Assembly (NCBI GenBank): GCA_964432155.1
Contig: CAYSMF010000001.1
Location: forward strand, 83,156-147,155
Origin: an uncultured Melioribacter sp.
GTDB lineage: Bacteria; Bacteroidota; Ignavibacteria; Kapaibacteriales; Kapaibacteriaceae
Length of the DNA: 64,000 bases
Direction: 5' to 3'
Under the pieces are notes generated by a model, which saw only the letters and a list, made by a program, of their open reading frames with translations, searched no databases and had not been told where the DNA came from. Positions within the stretch are counted from its first letter, which is position 1. The number at the start of each line of letters is the position of its first letter. The position numbers were made by a program, and so were the translations under genes. Below, piece by piece: positions 1-8,914 of the stretch.

Positions 1-1334
1 ATGCTACGGTGAAGGCTGGTGCTTGGTTCCCGATGACGGCCAAGAAGAACATGCGCGCGCAGGAGATTGCCATCGAGAATCACCTGCCGATCATTTACCT
101 CGTCGACTCGGCTGGTGTGTACCTGCCAATGCAGGACGAAATCTTCCCTGACAAAGAGCACTTCGGACGTCAGTTCCGAAACAACGCGATCATGAGCGCT
201 ATGGGCATTCCTCAGATTGCCGCAATCATGGGTCCATGCGTTGCCGGTGGAGCATATCTGCCCATCATGAGCGATGAAGCACTGATCGTTAACGGCACGG
301 GAAGTGTCTTCCTGGCAGGACCGGCACTCGTGGAAGCCGCTATTGGCGAGAAGACCGATATCGAGCCACTCGGTGGTGCAACGATGCACAGCACCGTAAG
401 TGGCGTTATCGACTACAAAGTAGAATCTGATGAAGAAGCACTGGCGACGATTCGCTCGCTAGTCGACAAGTTCGCCCCCTCGAAGGGGAAGTCGGCACTC
501 TTTTCACGCGTCGAACCTGTAGCGCCACTGCATGATCCAGAGGAGATCCTCGGAATCATGCCCTCTGATCGCGCCAAGCCATACAACACCCGGCAGATCA
601 TCGCGCGATTGGTTGATGGTTCTCAATTCGATGAATACAAGGCCGGCTTTGGTCAGACCATTCTCTGCGGCTATGCACGCATCGATGGATGGGCCGTTGG
701 CATCGTTGCCAACAACCGCGAGATCACGCGCTCAGGTAAGGGCGAAATGCAGGTGGGTGGCGTGATCTATTCCGACTCCGCTGATAAGGCTGCTCGGTTT
801 ATTCTGAACTGCAATCAGCGTGGTATTCCACTCGTGTTCCTCCAAGACGTGACCGGCTTTATGGTTGGTACGCGCGCAGAGCAGGGCGGCATCATCAAGG
901 ATGGTGCGAAGCTCGTAAACGCAGTGGCCAATAGCATTGTGCCGAAGTTCACCATCATCATGGGGAACTCCTACGGGGCAGGCAACTACGCAATGTGTGG
1001 TAAGGCATACGATCCACGATTGATCTATGCATGGCCTACCGCGCAGATCGCGGTGATGGGCGGATCACAAGCTGCAAAAACACTTCTGAGCATCCGTGTT
1101 GCGTCGCTCGAAAAGACGGGTGAGAAGCTCACACCAGAGCAACAGCAAACGATGTTGCGTGATATTCAAGCGAAGTATGATGCGACAACAACGCCGTTGT
1201 ATGCAGCATCACGACTCTGGGTTGATGGTATCATCGATCCGACGGAAACGCGCAGCGTGATCTCGCGTGGAATTGCTGTAGCCTCGCACCAAGGCGTCCT
1301 CCCAGAGATGAAGAACGGCGTATTCCAGGTGTAA
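1..1334 (+). CDS. acyl-CoA carboxylase carboxyltransferase subunit (propionyl-CoA carboxylase beta / methylmalonyl-CoA carboxyltransferase family), 5' partial
   Basis: The 441-aa ORF from nt 9 has no upstream in-frame stop, so the N-terminus lies off the window. Carboxyltransferase motifs are present: GPCVAGGAYLP, GGATMHSTVSGV and the second-half MGNSYGAGNYAMCG. Stop TAA at 1332-1334. Confidence 0.85.
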   Translation, partial: ATVKAGAWFPMTAKKNMRAQEIAIENHLPIIYLVDSAGVYLPMQDEIFPDKEHFGRQFRNNAIMSAMGIPQIAAIMGPCVAGGAYLPIMSDEALIVNGTGSVFLAGPALVEAAIGEKTDIEPLGGATMHSTVSGVIDYKVESDEEALATIRSLVDKFAPSKGKSALFSRVEPVAPLHDPEEILGIMPSDRAKPYNTRQIIARLVDGSQFDEYKAGFGQTILCGYARIDGWAVGIVANNREITRSGKGEMQVGGVIYSDSADKAARFILNCNQRGIPLVFLQDVTGFMVGTRAEQGGIIKDGAKLVNAVANSIVPKFTIIMGNSYGAGNYAMCGKAYDPRLIYAWPTAQIAVMGGSQAAKTLLSIRVASLEKTGEKLTPEQQQTMLRDIQAKYDATTTPLYAASRLWVDGIIDPTETRSVISRGIAVASHQGVLPEMKNGVFQV

Positions 1335-1335
1335 C

Positions 1336-3975
1336 GTGGAAGAGCTGCAGCGACTGTTAGGAGCCGATCGCGTTCGTACGTCGTACGTTGAACGTCTCGC
1401 TGTTGCGCACGACGCCTCACTGTACCGCATCGTTCCGGAAGTGGTTGTCCGTCCGGCAACCCCACAACACATCACGTCGCTCTTTCGCTGGTGTCGCACC
1501 AACAAGTCTGCCGTCACATTTCGCGCAGGTGGCACAAGTCTATCTGGACAGGCACTGTCGCATTATGTGCTTGCCGACATCTCGCGCGATTGGACGAAGT
1601 GTGAGGTCCTTGATAACGGGGCACGCATTCGCATGCAGCCTGGTATCACGGGCGCCCGCGTCAACGCAATGCTTCGTCCGTATGGAACAAAGCTCGGACC
1701 CGATCCCGCGTCGATCATCGCCGCAATGATTGGTGGCATCGTTGCCAACAACGCATCAGGCATGTGCTGTGGCACAGCACAAAACTCGTACAACACGCTC
1801 GACGCGATGGAGTATCAGCTCGCATCGGGCATCCGGATTAACACGGCGAACGAACGTGCCGACTCGATGCTTGCATCATCTGACCCCAAGCTCCATCGAG
1901 AGCTCAAAGCGCTGCGCGACGAAGTCCGTTCCAATCGTGAACTCGTTGCAACGATCCGTCGCAAGTACGCCATCAAGAACACGATGGGATACTCGCTCAA
2001 CGCCTTCCTTGATGAAGATCAGCCCGCACGCATCATTGCACGTCTACTTGTGGGCAGCGAGGGAACGCTTGGGTTTATCGAATCCGTCACGCTGCGGACG
2101 ATTCCGTCGGCTCGCACGATACGGACAACGATTGTGCTCTACGCGTCGTTGCATGAAGCTGCTGCGGCAGTCACATTCTGGCGTGACCATGGAGCTGCTG
2201 CGATTGAAATCATGGACGATGCGTCACTTCGATCCGTTGCTGCATTGCCGACCACTCCGGAGGCGCTGCGCGTGATTGCCGATGGCGCAGCCGCACTGCT
2301 GGTAGAGTTTCATGACATCGCACCACCACACGTTGACGGCGTCTCCTGGGCGACCACACCACAGGAGCAGGCCGTACTCTGGCGTGTACGCAAGGGGTTG
2401 ATGCCGACCGTGGGATCAATGCGTCCCGTTGGCACGACAATGATCAATGAAGACATCGCCGTGCCCCCTGAACATCTTGCATCGCTCATTAGCGATGTGC
2501 AGGCGCTGTTCCGTGAATTCAACTACCACGATGGTGTGATCTTCGGACATGCGAAGGATGGCAACATTCACTTCGTCCTGCATCAAGCATTTCAGAACGA
2601 CGCGGATACCGAACGCTATGATCAGTTCATGCGACGTATCGCTGAGATCGTTGTTGATCGGTATCACGGCTCGCTCAAGGCAGAGCATGGTACCGGTCGG
2701 AACATGGCACCCTTTGTTGAGCATGAGTGGGGAGCTGATGCATTCGCTGTGATGCGCCGTGTGAAGGAATTGCTCGATCCACAAGGGATTCTCAATCCGG
2801 GCGTTGTGATCAATGATGATCCGATGATTCATGTGCGGGACATCAAGCCGGTGCCATCACTCGAGGATCCTTTGCAGGCAGGTGTGCGACCGAAGGAAGA
2901 TCTCTGTATCGAATGTGGCTTCTGCGAGCACATATGTCCAACGCGTGCGCATACGCTTACCCCGCGGCAACGCATCGTACTCCAGCGAGAAGTTCATCTT
3001 CATCGGGATCAACCCGACGTGGTTGCAGAGATCGAGAAGATGTATCGCTACGACGGCGTCGATAGTTGCGCCACGGACGGCATGTGCGCCACGGTATGTC
3101 CTGTCGGGATCGATACTGGCGACATGGTCAAGCGCATGCGCTCGCGGTCGACACCAACGATCGTGCATCGTCTTGCCTCAATCGTCGCTCGCCGAATGTC
3201 GCTAGCGCATCTCGGCATGCGCGCTGTAACGTCGCTATGGCGAACGTATGGCTCGTATCACGCGGTCCGTCGAACGCGGCAAGGTGAGCCCCATATCCTC
3301 TACGTGCAGACGTGTCCGAGTAGGTGGTTTGGCGGCAACGGCGATCGTGAAAGTCTCGACCAAGTAGTCCTTTCGCTCGCCGAACGCGCAGGGCTGCGGA
3401 TGCAGACCATCTCGGGTACCAGTTGCTGCGGACAGCCATTCTCGTCAAAGGGGCTGAGCACCGCTGCTGATGCGGCGCAAGGCGAACTCCTCGAACGTAT
3501 TCTCCGCATCGTACGCAAGCGAGACATGCCCGTGCTTGTAGACGCCTCGACGTGTGCTGCAGCACTCATCGCGGCGTGTCGAGAACACGGTATCCGTGTG
3601 CTTGATCAGACGGCATATGCAGAGCTTGTGTTGGAGCGACTCCCGATACGGAATCGACGCACATCGGTAGCCGTTCATCCAGGATGCGGCAGTGCAAAGC
3701 TCGGTCGCACGGATGCATTCATTCGCATCGCAGAGCGCTGTGCCATTTCTACCTACTTGCCCCCTGACAGTGGCTGCTGCGGCATGGGAGGGGATCGAGG
3801 AATCCTTCATCCAGCAATTGTTACGTCGGCCAATGCCGTTGCCAAAGCACAACTGCCACCAACGGTGCGGCTTGGGGTTTCTGCGAATTCCTTGTGTGAA
3901 GGCGCTCTGCGCAAGAGCATGGGCATCCAGTACGTATCGCTCCTGCACCTCGTCGAAGAGGTCACACGCTCTTAA
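1336..3975 (+). CDS. FAD-linked oxidase fused to a 4Fe-4S / CCG-domain (GlcD-GlcF-like) oxidoreductase; D-lactate/glycolate dehydrogenase-like
   Basis: GTG start 1 nt after the upstream stop. N-terminal FAD-binding PCMH domain (RAGGTSLSGQAL). Two ferredoxin-type clusters (CIECGFCEHICP, CATDGMCATVCP) and two CCG motifs (GTSCCGQPF, DSGCCGMGGDRG). 879 aa. Confidence 0.8.
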   Translation: MEELQRLLGADRVRTSYVERLAVAHDASLYRIVPEVVVRPATPQHITSLFRWCRTNKSAVTFRAGGTSLSGQALSHYVLADISRDWTKCEVLDNGARIRMQPGITGARVNAMLRPYGTKLGPDPASIIAAMIGGIVANNASGMCCGTAQNSYNTLDAMEYQLASGIRINTANERADSMLASSDPKLHRELKALRDEVRSNRELVATIRRKYAIKNTMGYSLNAFLDEDQPARIIARLLVGSEGTLGFIESVTLRTIPSARTIRTTIVLYASLHEAAAAVTFWRDHGAAAIEIMDDASLRSVAALPTTPEALRVIADGAAALLVEFHDIAPPHVDGVSWATTPQEQAVLWRVRKGLMPTVGSMRPVGTTMINEDIAVPPEHLASLISDVQALFREFNYHDGVIFGHAKDGNIHFVLHQAFQNDADTERYDQFMRRIAEIVVDRYHGSLKAEHGTGRNMAPFVEHEWGADAFAVMRRVKELLDPQGILNPGVVINDDPMIHVRDIKPVPSLEDPLQAGVRPKEDLCIECGFCEHICPTRAHTLTPRQRIVLQREVHLHRDQPDVVAEIEKMYRYDGVDSCATDGMCATVCPVGIDTGDMVKRMRSRSTPTIVHRLASIVARRMSLAHLGMRAVTSLWRTYGSYHAVRRTRQGEPHILYVQTCPSRWFGGNGDRESLDQVVLSLAERAGLRMQTISGTSCCGQPFSSKGLSTAADAAQGELLERILRIVRKRDMPVLVDASTCAAALIAACREHGIRVLDQTAYAELVLERLPIRNRRTSVAVHPGCGSAKLGRTDAFIRIAERCAISTYLPPDSGCCGMGGDRGILHPAIVTSANAVAKAQLPPTVRLGVSANSLCEGALRKSMGIQYVSLLHLVEEVTRS

Positions 3976-5087
3976 CGAAACGTCTGTCCTTTCCAGACAA
4001 CGTCGCGCCGCAAGGTTAACAAGGGCAGGATCAACTCGAGTCCGAGCAGGGCAAGGAGCGACGGACCAATTGCCGGGATGATTGCGCGTTTGCCAACATG
4101 CACGGCCGAGATTGCGATCAACAATCCGTCACCCAGAATGCGCAGACCAGCCAGCACGGCGACCCACAGCCACGACGACGTTGATATTGCAACGACGAGT
4201 CCAATCCAAACGCTAGCACTGCTTACAACGAAGGCAACGGCTTTCCATCCCAGTGCCATGCCGCCGCGCACCCAGCGATGCTTTTGCTTGACATATTCAG
4301 CGAATGTGTCGCACGCGAGTGTCTCTACCGTTGCATGTCGATTACAGAGATATCGCACGTCATGTCCAGCTGCAGACATCGCCTGAAGCAATGCCAAGTC
4401 TTCTGTAAGACTAAACGGGATTGCTGCATATCCACCGAGTGACGCCATTGCGCTGCGGCGAAGCGCCATGTTATTGCCGAAGCAACCAAGCGGTGTACCG
4501 TTATTGAGTCCGGCACGCGCCATCGTGTGCGTGTACAGCCACTCGACATCTTGGATGGTAGCAAACGCACCATCACGTCGAATCGTTGTGAAGCCGCAGA
4601 CCATGCCGACATGTGCGTCGGTAAATGGTTCGCACATCGCATCCGCCCATGAGGCATCAACGGTACAGTCTGCATCCGTGAGCAGAAGGATGTCACCACG
4701 TGCATGGTCAATGCCATACTGCAATGCACCAGGCTTGCCCTGCAGGTTCCGGTCGGGCGATGCAGTCGTACGATGCAGCGCGCGGATGCGATGATCCCGT
4801 TGCGCCAGTGCATTGATCACATCGGCCGTACCATCGGTGCTGCGATCATTGACGATGATAACTTCTGCTGTGTCGATGTGTGCGATCGCCGCGAGGACCG
4901 AGGTAACGCAGTGCTCGATGGTTGCTTCTTCATTGCGCGCAGGGATGATCACACTGACAGACGGACGCACGTGAGTACCACTGCGCGTCGGTACTGTTCG
5001 GGCTTGACCGATCAGGAAGAACGCGATGCGTAGGGCATAGATGCCGCTTGCGCAAACCAGTACGACAGCGATCAGAGAATCATTCAT
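3972..5087 (-). CDS. family 2 glycosyltransferase with C-terminal transmembrane segments
   Basis: SVIIPARNEE...IVNDRSTDGT...LLTDADC matches the GT2 DxD fold. Hydrophobic helices at both ends. Converges on the previous gene with a 4-nt overlap. Confidence 0.8.
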   Translation of the reverse strand: MNDSLIAVVLVCASGIYALRIAFFLIGQARTVPTRSGTHVRPSVSVIIPARNEEATIEHCVTSVLAAIAHIDTAEVIIVNDRSTDGTADVINALAQRDHRIRALHRTTASPDRNLQGKPGALQYGIDHARGDILLLTDADCTVDASWADAMCEPFTDAHVGMVCGFTTIRRDGAFATIQDVEWLYTHTMARAGLNNGTPLGCFGNNMALRRSAMASLGGYAAIPFSLTEDLALLQAMSAAGHDVRYLCNRHATVETLACDTFAEYVKQKHRWVRGGMALGWKAVAFVVSSASVWIGLVVAISTSSWLWVAVLAGLRILGDGLLIAISAVHVGKRAIIPAIGPSLLALLGLELILPLLTLRRDVVWKGQTFR

Positions 5088-5153
5088 GCGTATCGCAAGT
5101 TAGCCCGTACTAGATTTGCGTACCATTACGAAACATTCATCATTGCAGGGCTT

Positions 5154-6509
5154 ATGACTACCAAGCGCCGAGTTGACCTGATCAACGACCCCATAGGCCC
5201 GTCCCTTCGGCGTTTTGCTGTCCCACTTGCGTTCAGCTTCATTGTCAACATGGTGTATTCGCTGATCGATCGCTTCTACGTTTCGCGTCTTGGCGACGCG
5301 GCGATTGCAGCCATTGGATCGAGTGATCAAATCGTGTTCCTTCTGTTTACACTAGCCAGCGGCTTTGCCGTTGGTAGTGGGATCATCGTCGCTCGACGTT
5401 TCGGTGAGGGCGACCGCGTAGGCGCCTCGCGCACGGGCACACAAGCACTCGTCGGCATGGCCATCATGGCTGGATCCGTTACTGCTGTGATGTATGCTCT
5501 GCTGCCTTTCATCCCATCAGTTATGCAGATGGATACCGAGGTTGAAACGCTCAGCGTTGAATACCTGAGCATGCTCCTTGTTGGGTTCACATTCAACCTG
5601 ATGAACTTCCAGATGTTCAGCACCGTGCGATCGACAGGCAACGCTGTGTTTCCGATGACCGTGCTCATTATCACCGTGGTGCTCAACGCAGTGATCGCCC
5701 CGTTCCTCATCTTCGGCATTGGTCCATTTCCGGAACTCGGGATGCGCGGAGCTGGCCTTGCCACCGCGTTGTCGCAAATCAGCGGCACAGGCATCGCACT
5801 CACAGCACTGATACGAGGATCAACGAATATCCGACTGGACTTTACGCAGTTTCGACTCGATGGAGCGTTGTTGCGCCGTGTGGCTCAGCAAGGTTTACCA
5901 GCCTCGTTGCAGATGCTGTCCGTATCACTGAATCGCGCCGCCATCTTCGCAATCGTCGCGGGCTTTGGGACACACGTAACCGCTGCATATACGCTTGGAC
6001 TCAACATCGACATGATGGTGTTCATGAGCGTGTTTGCCATGGGTATTGCCGTCGAAACTGCAACAGGTCAGAACCTGGGCGCAAAGAAGCCCGAGCGCGT
6101 GCGGCTGATCCATCGGAGCGCGATCATGCAGATCGGCGCGCTGATGCTCGTGCTCGCTGTGGCTGTGTGGGCATTTGGAACCGAGTTCGTGAAACTCTAC
6201 ACGCAGAATCCTGCGACAGTGGCCGAAGCAACCCAGTACCTGAACATCACCGTGATCGGATACGTGTTCTTTTCGACAGGACTGCTGACCGTGCGCGTGC
6301 TTTCAGGGGCAGGTGCTTCGATGCTGGCGATGTCGATTACGGCGGGAAGCCTTCTTGGGATCCAGCTTCCATTATCGCTCGTTCTCGGCTATGCCACGCC
6401 GATGGGGCCAATGGGCGTATGGATTGCCATCGCTCTGGGTTACATCGTGTTTACGGCGATATCACTGCTCGTCTTCCGCAGCAATCGATGGAGCGCCGTT
6501 CATGTATAA
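5154..6509 (+). CDS. MATE family efflux transporter
   Basis: 451 aa with 12 predicted TM helices. N-terminus PSLRRFAVPLAFSFIVNMVYSLIDRFYVSRLGD is typical of NorM/DinF MATE pumps. ATG start. Confidence 0.85.
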   Translation: MTTKRRVDLINDPIGPSLRRFAVPLAFSFIVNMVYSLIDRFYVSRLGDAAIAAIGSSDQIVFLLFTLASGFAVGSGIIVARRFGEGDRVGASRTGTQALVGMAIMAGSVTAVMYALLPFIPSVMQMDTEVETLSVEYLSMLLVGFTFNLMNFQMFSTVRSTGNAVFPMTVLIITVVLNAVIAPFLIFGIGPFPELGMRGAGLATALSQISGTGIALTALIRGSTNIRLDFTQFRLDGALLRRVAQQGLPASLQMLSVSLNRAAIFAIVAGFGTHVTAAYTLGLNIDMMVFMSVFAMGIAVETATGQNLGAKKPERVRLIHRSAIMQIGALMLVLAVAVWAFGTEFVKLYTQNPATVAEATQYLNITVIGYVFFSTGLLTVRVLSGAGASMLAMSITAGSLLGIQLPLSLVLGYATPMGPMGVWIAIALGYIVFTAISLLVFRSNRWSAVHV

Positions 6510-6548
6510 CGATCATGCGATCCTGATTAAACCTGCACGGCACCGGAT

Positions 6549-7199
6549 ATGTCTGACCGTGCGCAAACTAAGGGAATACATCCTGCTATCGTGAGCCTGC
6601 TAGACCTAACCATGGATTCCGACCTCCAGATACTCGAAGCATACAGATCTGGAGATCGCGAGCGTGCCAGCAATGCGTTTGTGCGCAAGCATCAACGCTT
6701 TGTGTACGGCATTGCGCGTAGGTTTATGCGGGATCACGACGACGCTCAGGATGTGGTGCAGGACGTCATGATTCGTGCGCTTGCTGCACTCGAGAGTTTC
6801 CAGCAACAGAGTTCGATGCAGACGTGGCTCTACCGTATCACGGTCAACACATGCACGTCGGCTCTCCGAAAGTCCAAGATTCGACGATTCTTCCAGATAG
6901 ATACTGATGTCGAGCAGCATGGTTCGACCGACTCCCATGCACGCGCCGACCATCGGGTGCAGGAACAGGATCTCGAAACGTTCCTTCGCAACGTGCTTTC
7001 TACGCTGCCTCAGCGACAGCGCGAGGCGTTTTGCATGCGCTACATCGACGAGCTATCGTACGCAGAGATGAGTCAGATCACGGGTACCTCCGAGGGGGCA
7101 CTCAAGGCGAACTACCATTGGGCGGTGAAGAAGATTGCCGAAGCGATGAAGGCAAGTGAATACCGTCCACCAACGACTGAACAATCTTCAGAACACTGA
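6549..7199 (+). CDS. RNA polymerase sigma-70 factor, ECF subfamily
   Basis: Sigma-2 region (FVRKHQRFVYGIARRFMRDHDDAQDVVQDVMIRAL, WLYRITVN) and sigma-4 region (LPQRQREAFCMRYIDELSYAEMSQITGTSEGALKANYHWAVKKI). An alternative ATG at 6612 gives a 195-aa product. Confidence 0.85.
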   Translation: MSDRAQTKGIHPAIVSLLDLTMDSDLQILEAYRSGDRERASNAFVRKHQRFVYGIARRFMRDHDDAQDVVQDVMIRALAALESFQQQSSMQTWLYRITVNTCTSALRKSKIRRFFQIDTDVEQHGSTDSHARADHRVQEQDLETFLRNVLSTLPQRQREAFCMRYIDELSYAEMSQITGTSEGALKANYHWAVKKIAEAMKASEYRPPTTEQSSEH

Positions 7200-7200
7200 C

Positions 7201-7653
7201 ATGCACGACAAACGAACTGAAATCGAGTACGAACTGCGCGAGATTCTGTCGACGGACGACGCCGATGATCAGACTGCGGCAGACATGATGATTGCGCATC
7301 GTCAACGTCTTGCGCAGCAGATCGGTGCGCAAGCCTTTGCACGTCGTTCTGCCAAGCACACGCCAGCGCGTCGCTGGAGCGCACGTACGTCGATCTGGCT
7401 TGCTGGAGCCGGTGGGGCAGTCGCTACCGTCCTTGTGATCTTGCTAGCGGGCGTGCAGCAGCCACAACACCAACAAGGAGCTCAGCAGCAGATCATTTCG
7501 CAAACGCAAATCCCAACAGCCTCGCAGTCATCCTCGGATGATGGTGCAGATGTGGACGCATTGGTGCGCGAAACGCTTGCGAGTGTTGATGAGGTATGGG
7601 AACGCGGCGAGCAGGATATCGATCGACTGATATCGGATCGCTCAGGGAAGTAG
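7201..7653 (+). CDS. putative anti-sigma factor (single-pass membrane protein, Gln-rich)
   Basis: ATG 1 nt after the sigma stop. One TM helix (IWLAGAGGAVATVLVILLAGV) with an acidic cytoplasmic N-terminus. The call rests on position and topology only. An alternative overlapping start lies at 7156. Confidence 0.5.
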   Translation: MHDKRTEIEYELREILSTDDADDQTAADMMIAHRQRLAQQIGAQAFARRSAKHTPARRWSARTSIWLAGAGGAVATVLVILLAGVQQPQHQQGAQQQIISQTQIPTASQSSSDDGADVDALVRETLASVDEVWERGEQDIDRLISDRSGK

Positions 7654-7656
7654 ATC

Positions 7657-8901
7657 TCAGATCATCAATCCCACGACGCACGCCGTCAGGAGGTTCGCCA
7701 GTGCGCCAATGCACATTGCCTTCAATCCAAAGCGTGCAACCTCGGCGCGGCGATCTGGTGCCATCATGCCGTAGCCACCGATCTGAATACCAATCGACAT
7801 CACGTTGGCAAAGCCACAGAGGGCGATTGTTGCCAAGCGTACCGTACGATCGCTCAGCGTGCCATCAGCAACCATGCTTGCTAGACGATCATACGCAATG
7901 AATTCCGTCAGCGCGATCTTAGTGCCCAACAGTGAAGCAAATGCCGAGGCCTCGTGTGCAGGGATGCCGGTGAGCCAGGCGAAGGGAAGAAAGCACCAAC
8001 CTAAGATCATTTCGATTGATGACGGGAAGCCTGACAGTCCCGCATCAGCCATGGCCGTAGCACCAATACCCAGCAATGCATCAAGGAACGCAACGATAGC
8101 CTTGAAGGCGATCAGGACCACAACGACGTTGATTGCGAGCTTGGCTCCGTCGAGTGCGCCATGCGCTACAGCATCGAGGACGTTGCCAGATGAGATCACC
8201 GGATCGAGTGACTGAACTTCGAGCTCACGTTCACCCGACCGACGTGGTTGCGCAATCTTTGCGAGAACAAGAGCAGCAGGTGCAGCGAGAATCGACGCAA
8301 TCATCAGATCGGTAGCATTGATCCCGCGCGCGACGTACACGCCCATCGTTGAACCGGCAATGGTGGCAAAGCCACCAACCATCATCGCGAAGAGTTCCGA
8401 CGACGAGATGTGTGGGATGTAATGTCGGACAAGAAGGGGCGACTCAGTCTGACCGAGGAAGATCTCACCGACAGCATTGATTGACTCGATGGGGGCGGTA
8501 CCCATTGTGCGCTCGATTATGCGTGCCGACCATCGCACCACGCGTTGCATGATGCCATAGTGATACAGAACACTCATGCACGACGAAAAGAAGACGATCA
8601 CCGAGAGGATGGTCAGTGCGAACTGAAATCCCACCACACCCTGTCCCTTCGGCAGCGGAAGGTCGCCAAACAAGAACGCTGCTCCATCGCGCGCGAACCC
8701 GAGAAACCACGTAACGCCATCACCGAGGTATTGGAATGCGGCAACACCGGGAGGAAACAACACCATTGCAAGCGCTAGGACGCCTTGGAGGAGCATTCCG
8801 ATGACCACTGTACGCCACGGAATGTCCTTGCGCGATGACGACCACGCAAATGCTAATCCGAGAATGACGACTATCCCAAGGCCCGAGGCTAGTTGTTGCA
8901 T
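7657..8901 (-). CDS. nupC: concentrative nucleoside transporter, NupC/CNT family
   Basis: 414-aa polytopic membrane protein. Conserved CNT segments: GMLLQGVLALA, FQFALTILSVIVFFS, GFANVMSIGIQIGG. Confidence 0.8.
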   Translation of the reverse strand: MQQLASGLGIVVILGLAFAWSSSRKDIPWRTVVIGMLLQGVLALAMVLFPPGVAAFQYLGDGVTWFLGFARDGAAFLFGDLPLPKGQGVVGFQFALTILSVIVFFSSCMSVLYHYGIMQRVVRWSARIIERTMGTAPIESINAVGEIFLGQTESPLLVRHYIPHISSSELFAMMVGGFATIAGSTMGVYVARGINATDLMIASILAAPAALVLAKIAQPRRSGERELEVQSLDPVISSGNVLDAVAHGALDGAKLAINVVVVLIAFKAIVAFLDALLGIGATAMADAGLSGFPSSIEMILGWCFLPFAWLTGIPAHEASAFASLLGTKIALTEFIAYDRLASMVADGTLSDRTVRLATIALCGFANVMSIGIQIGGYGMMAPDRRAEVARFGLKAMCIGALANLLTACVVGLMI

Positions 8902-8914
8902 GGATGCTTCCGCG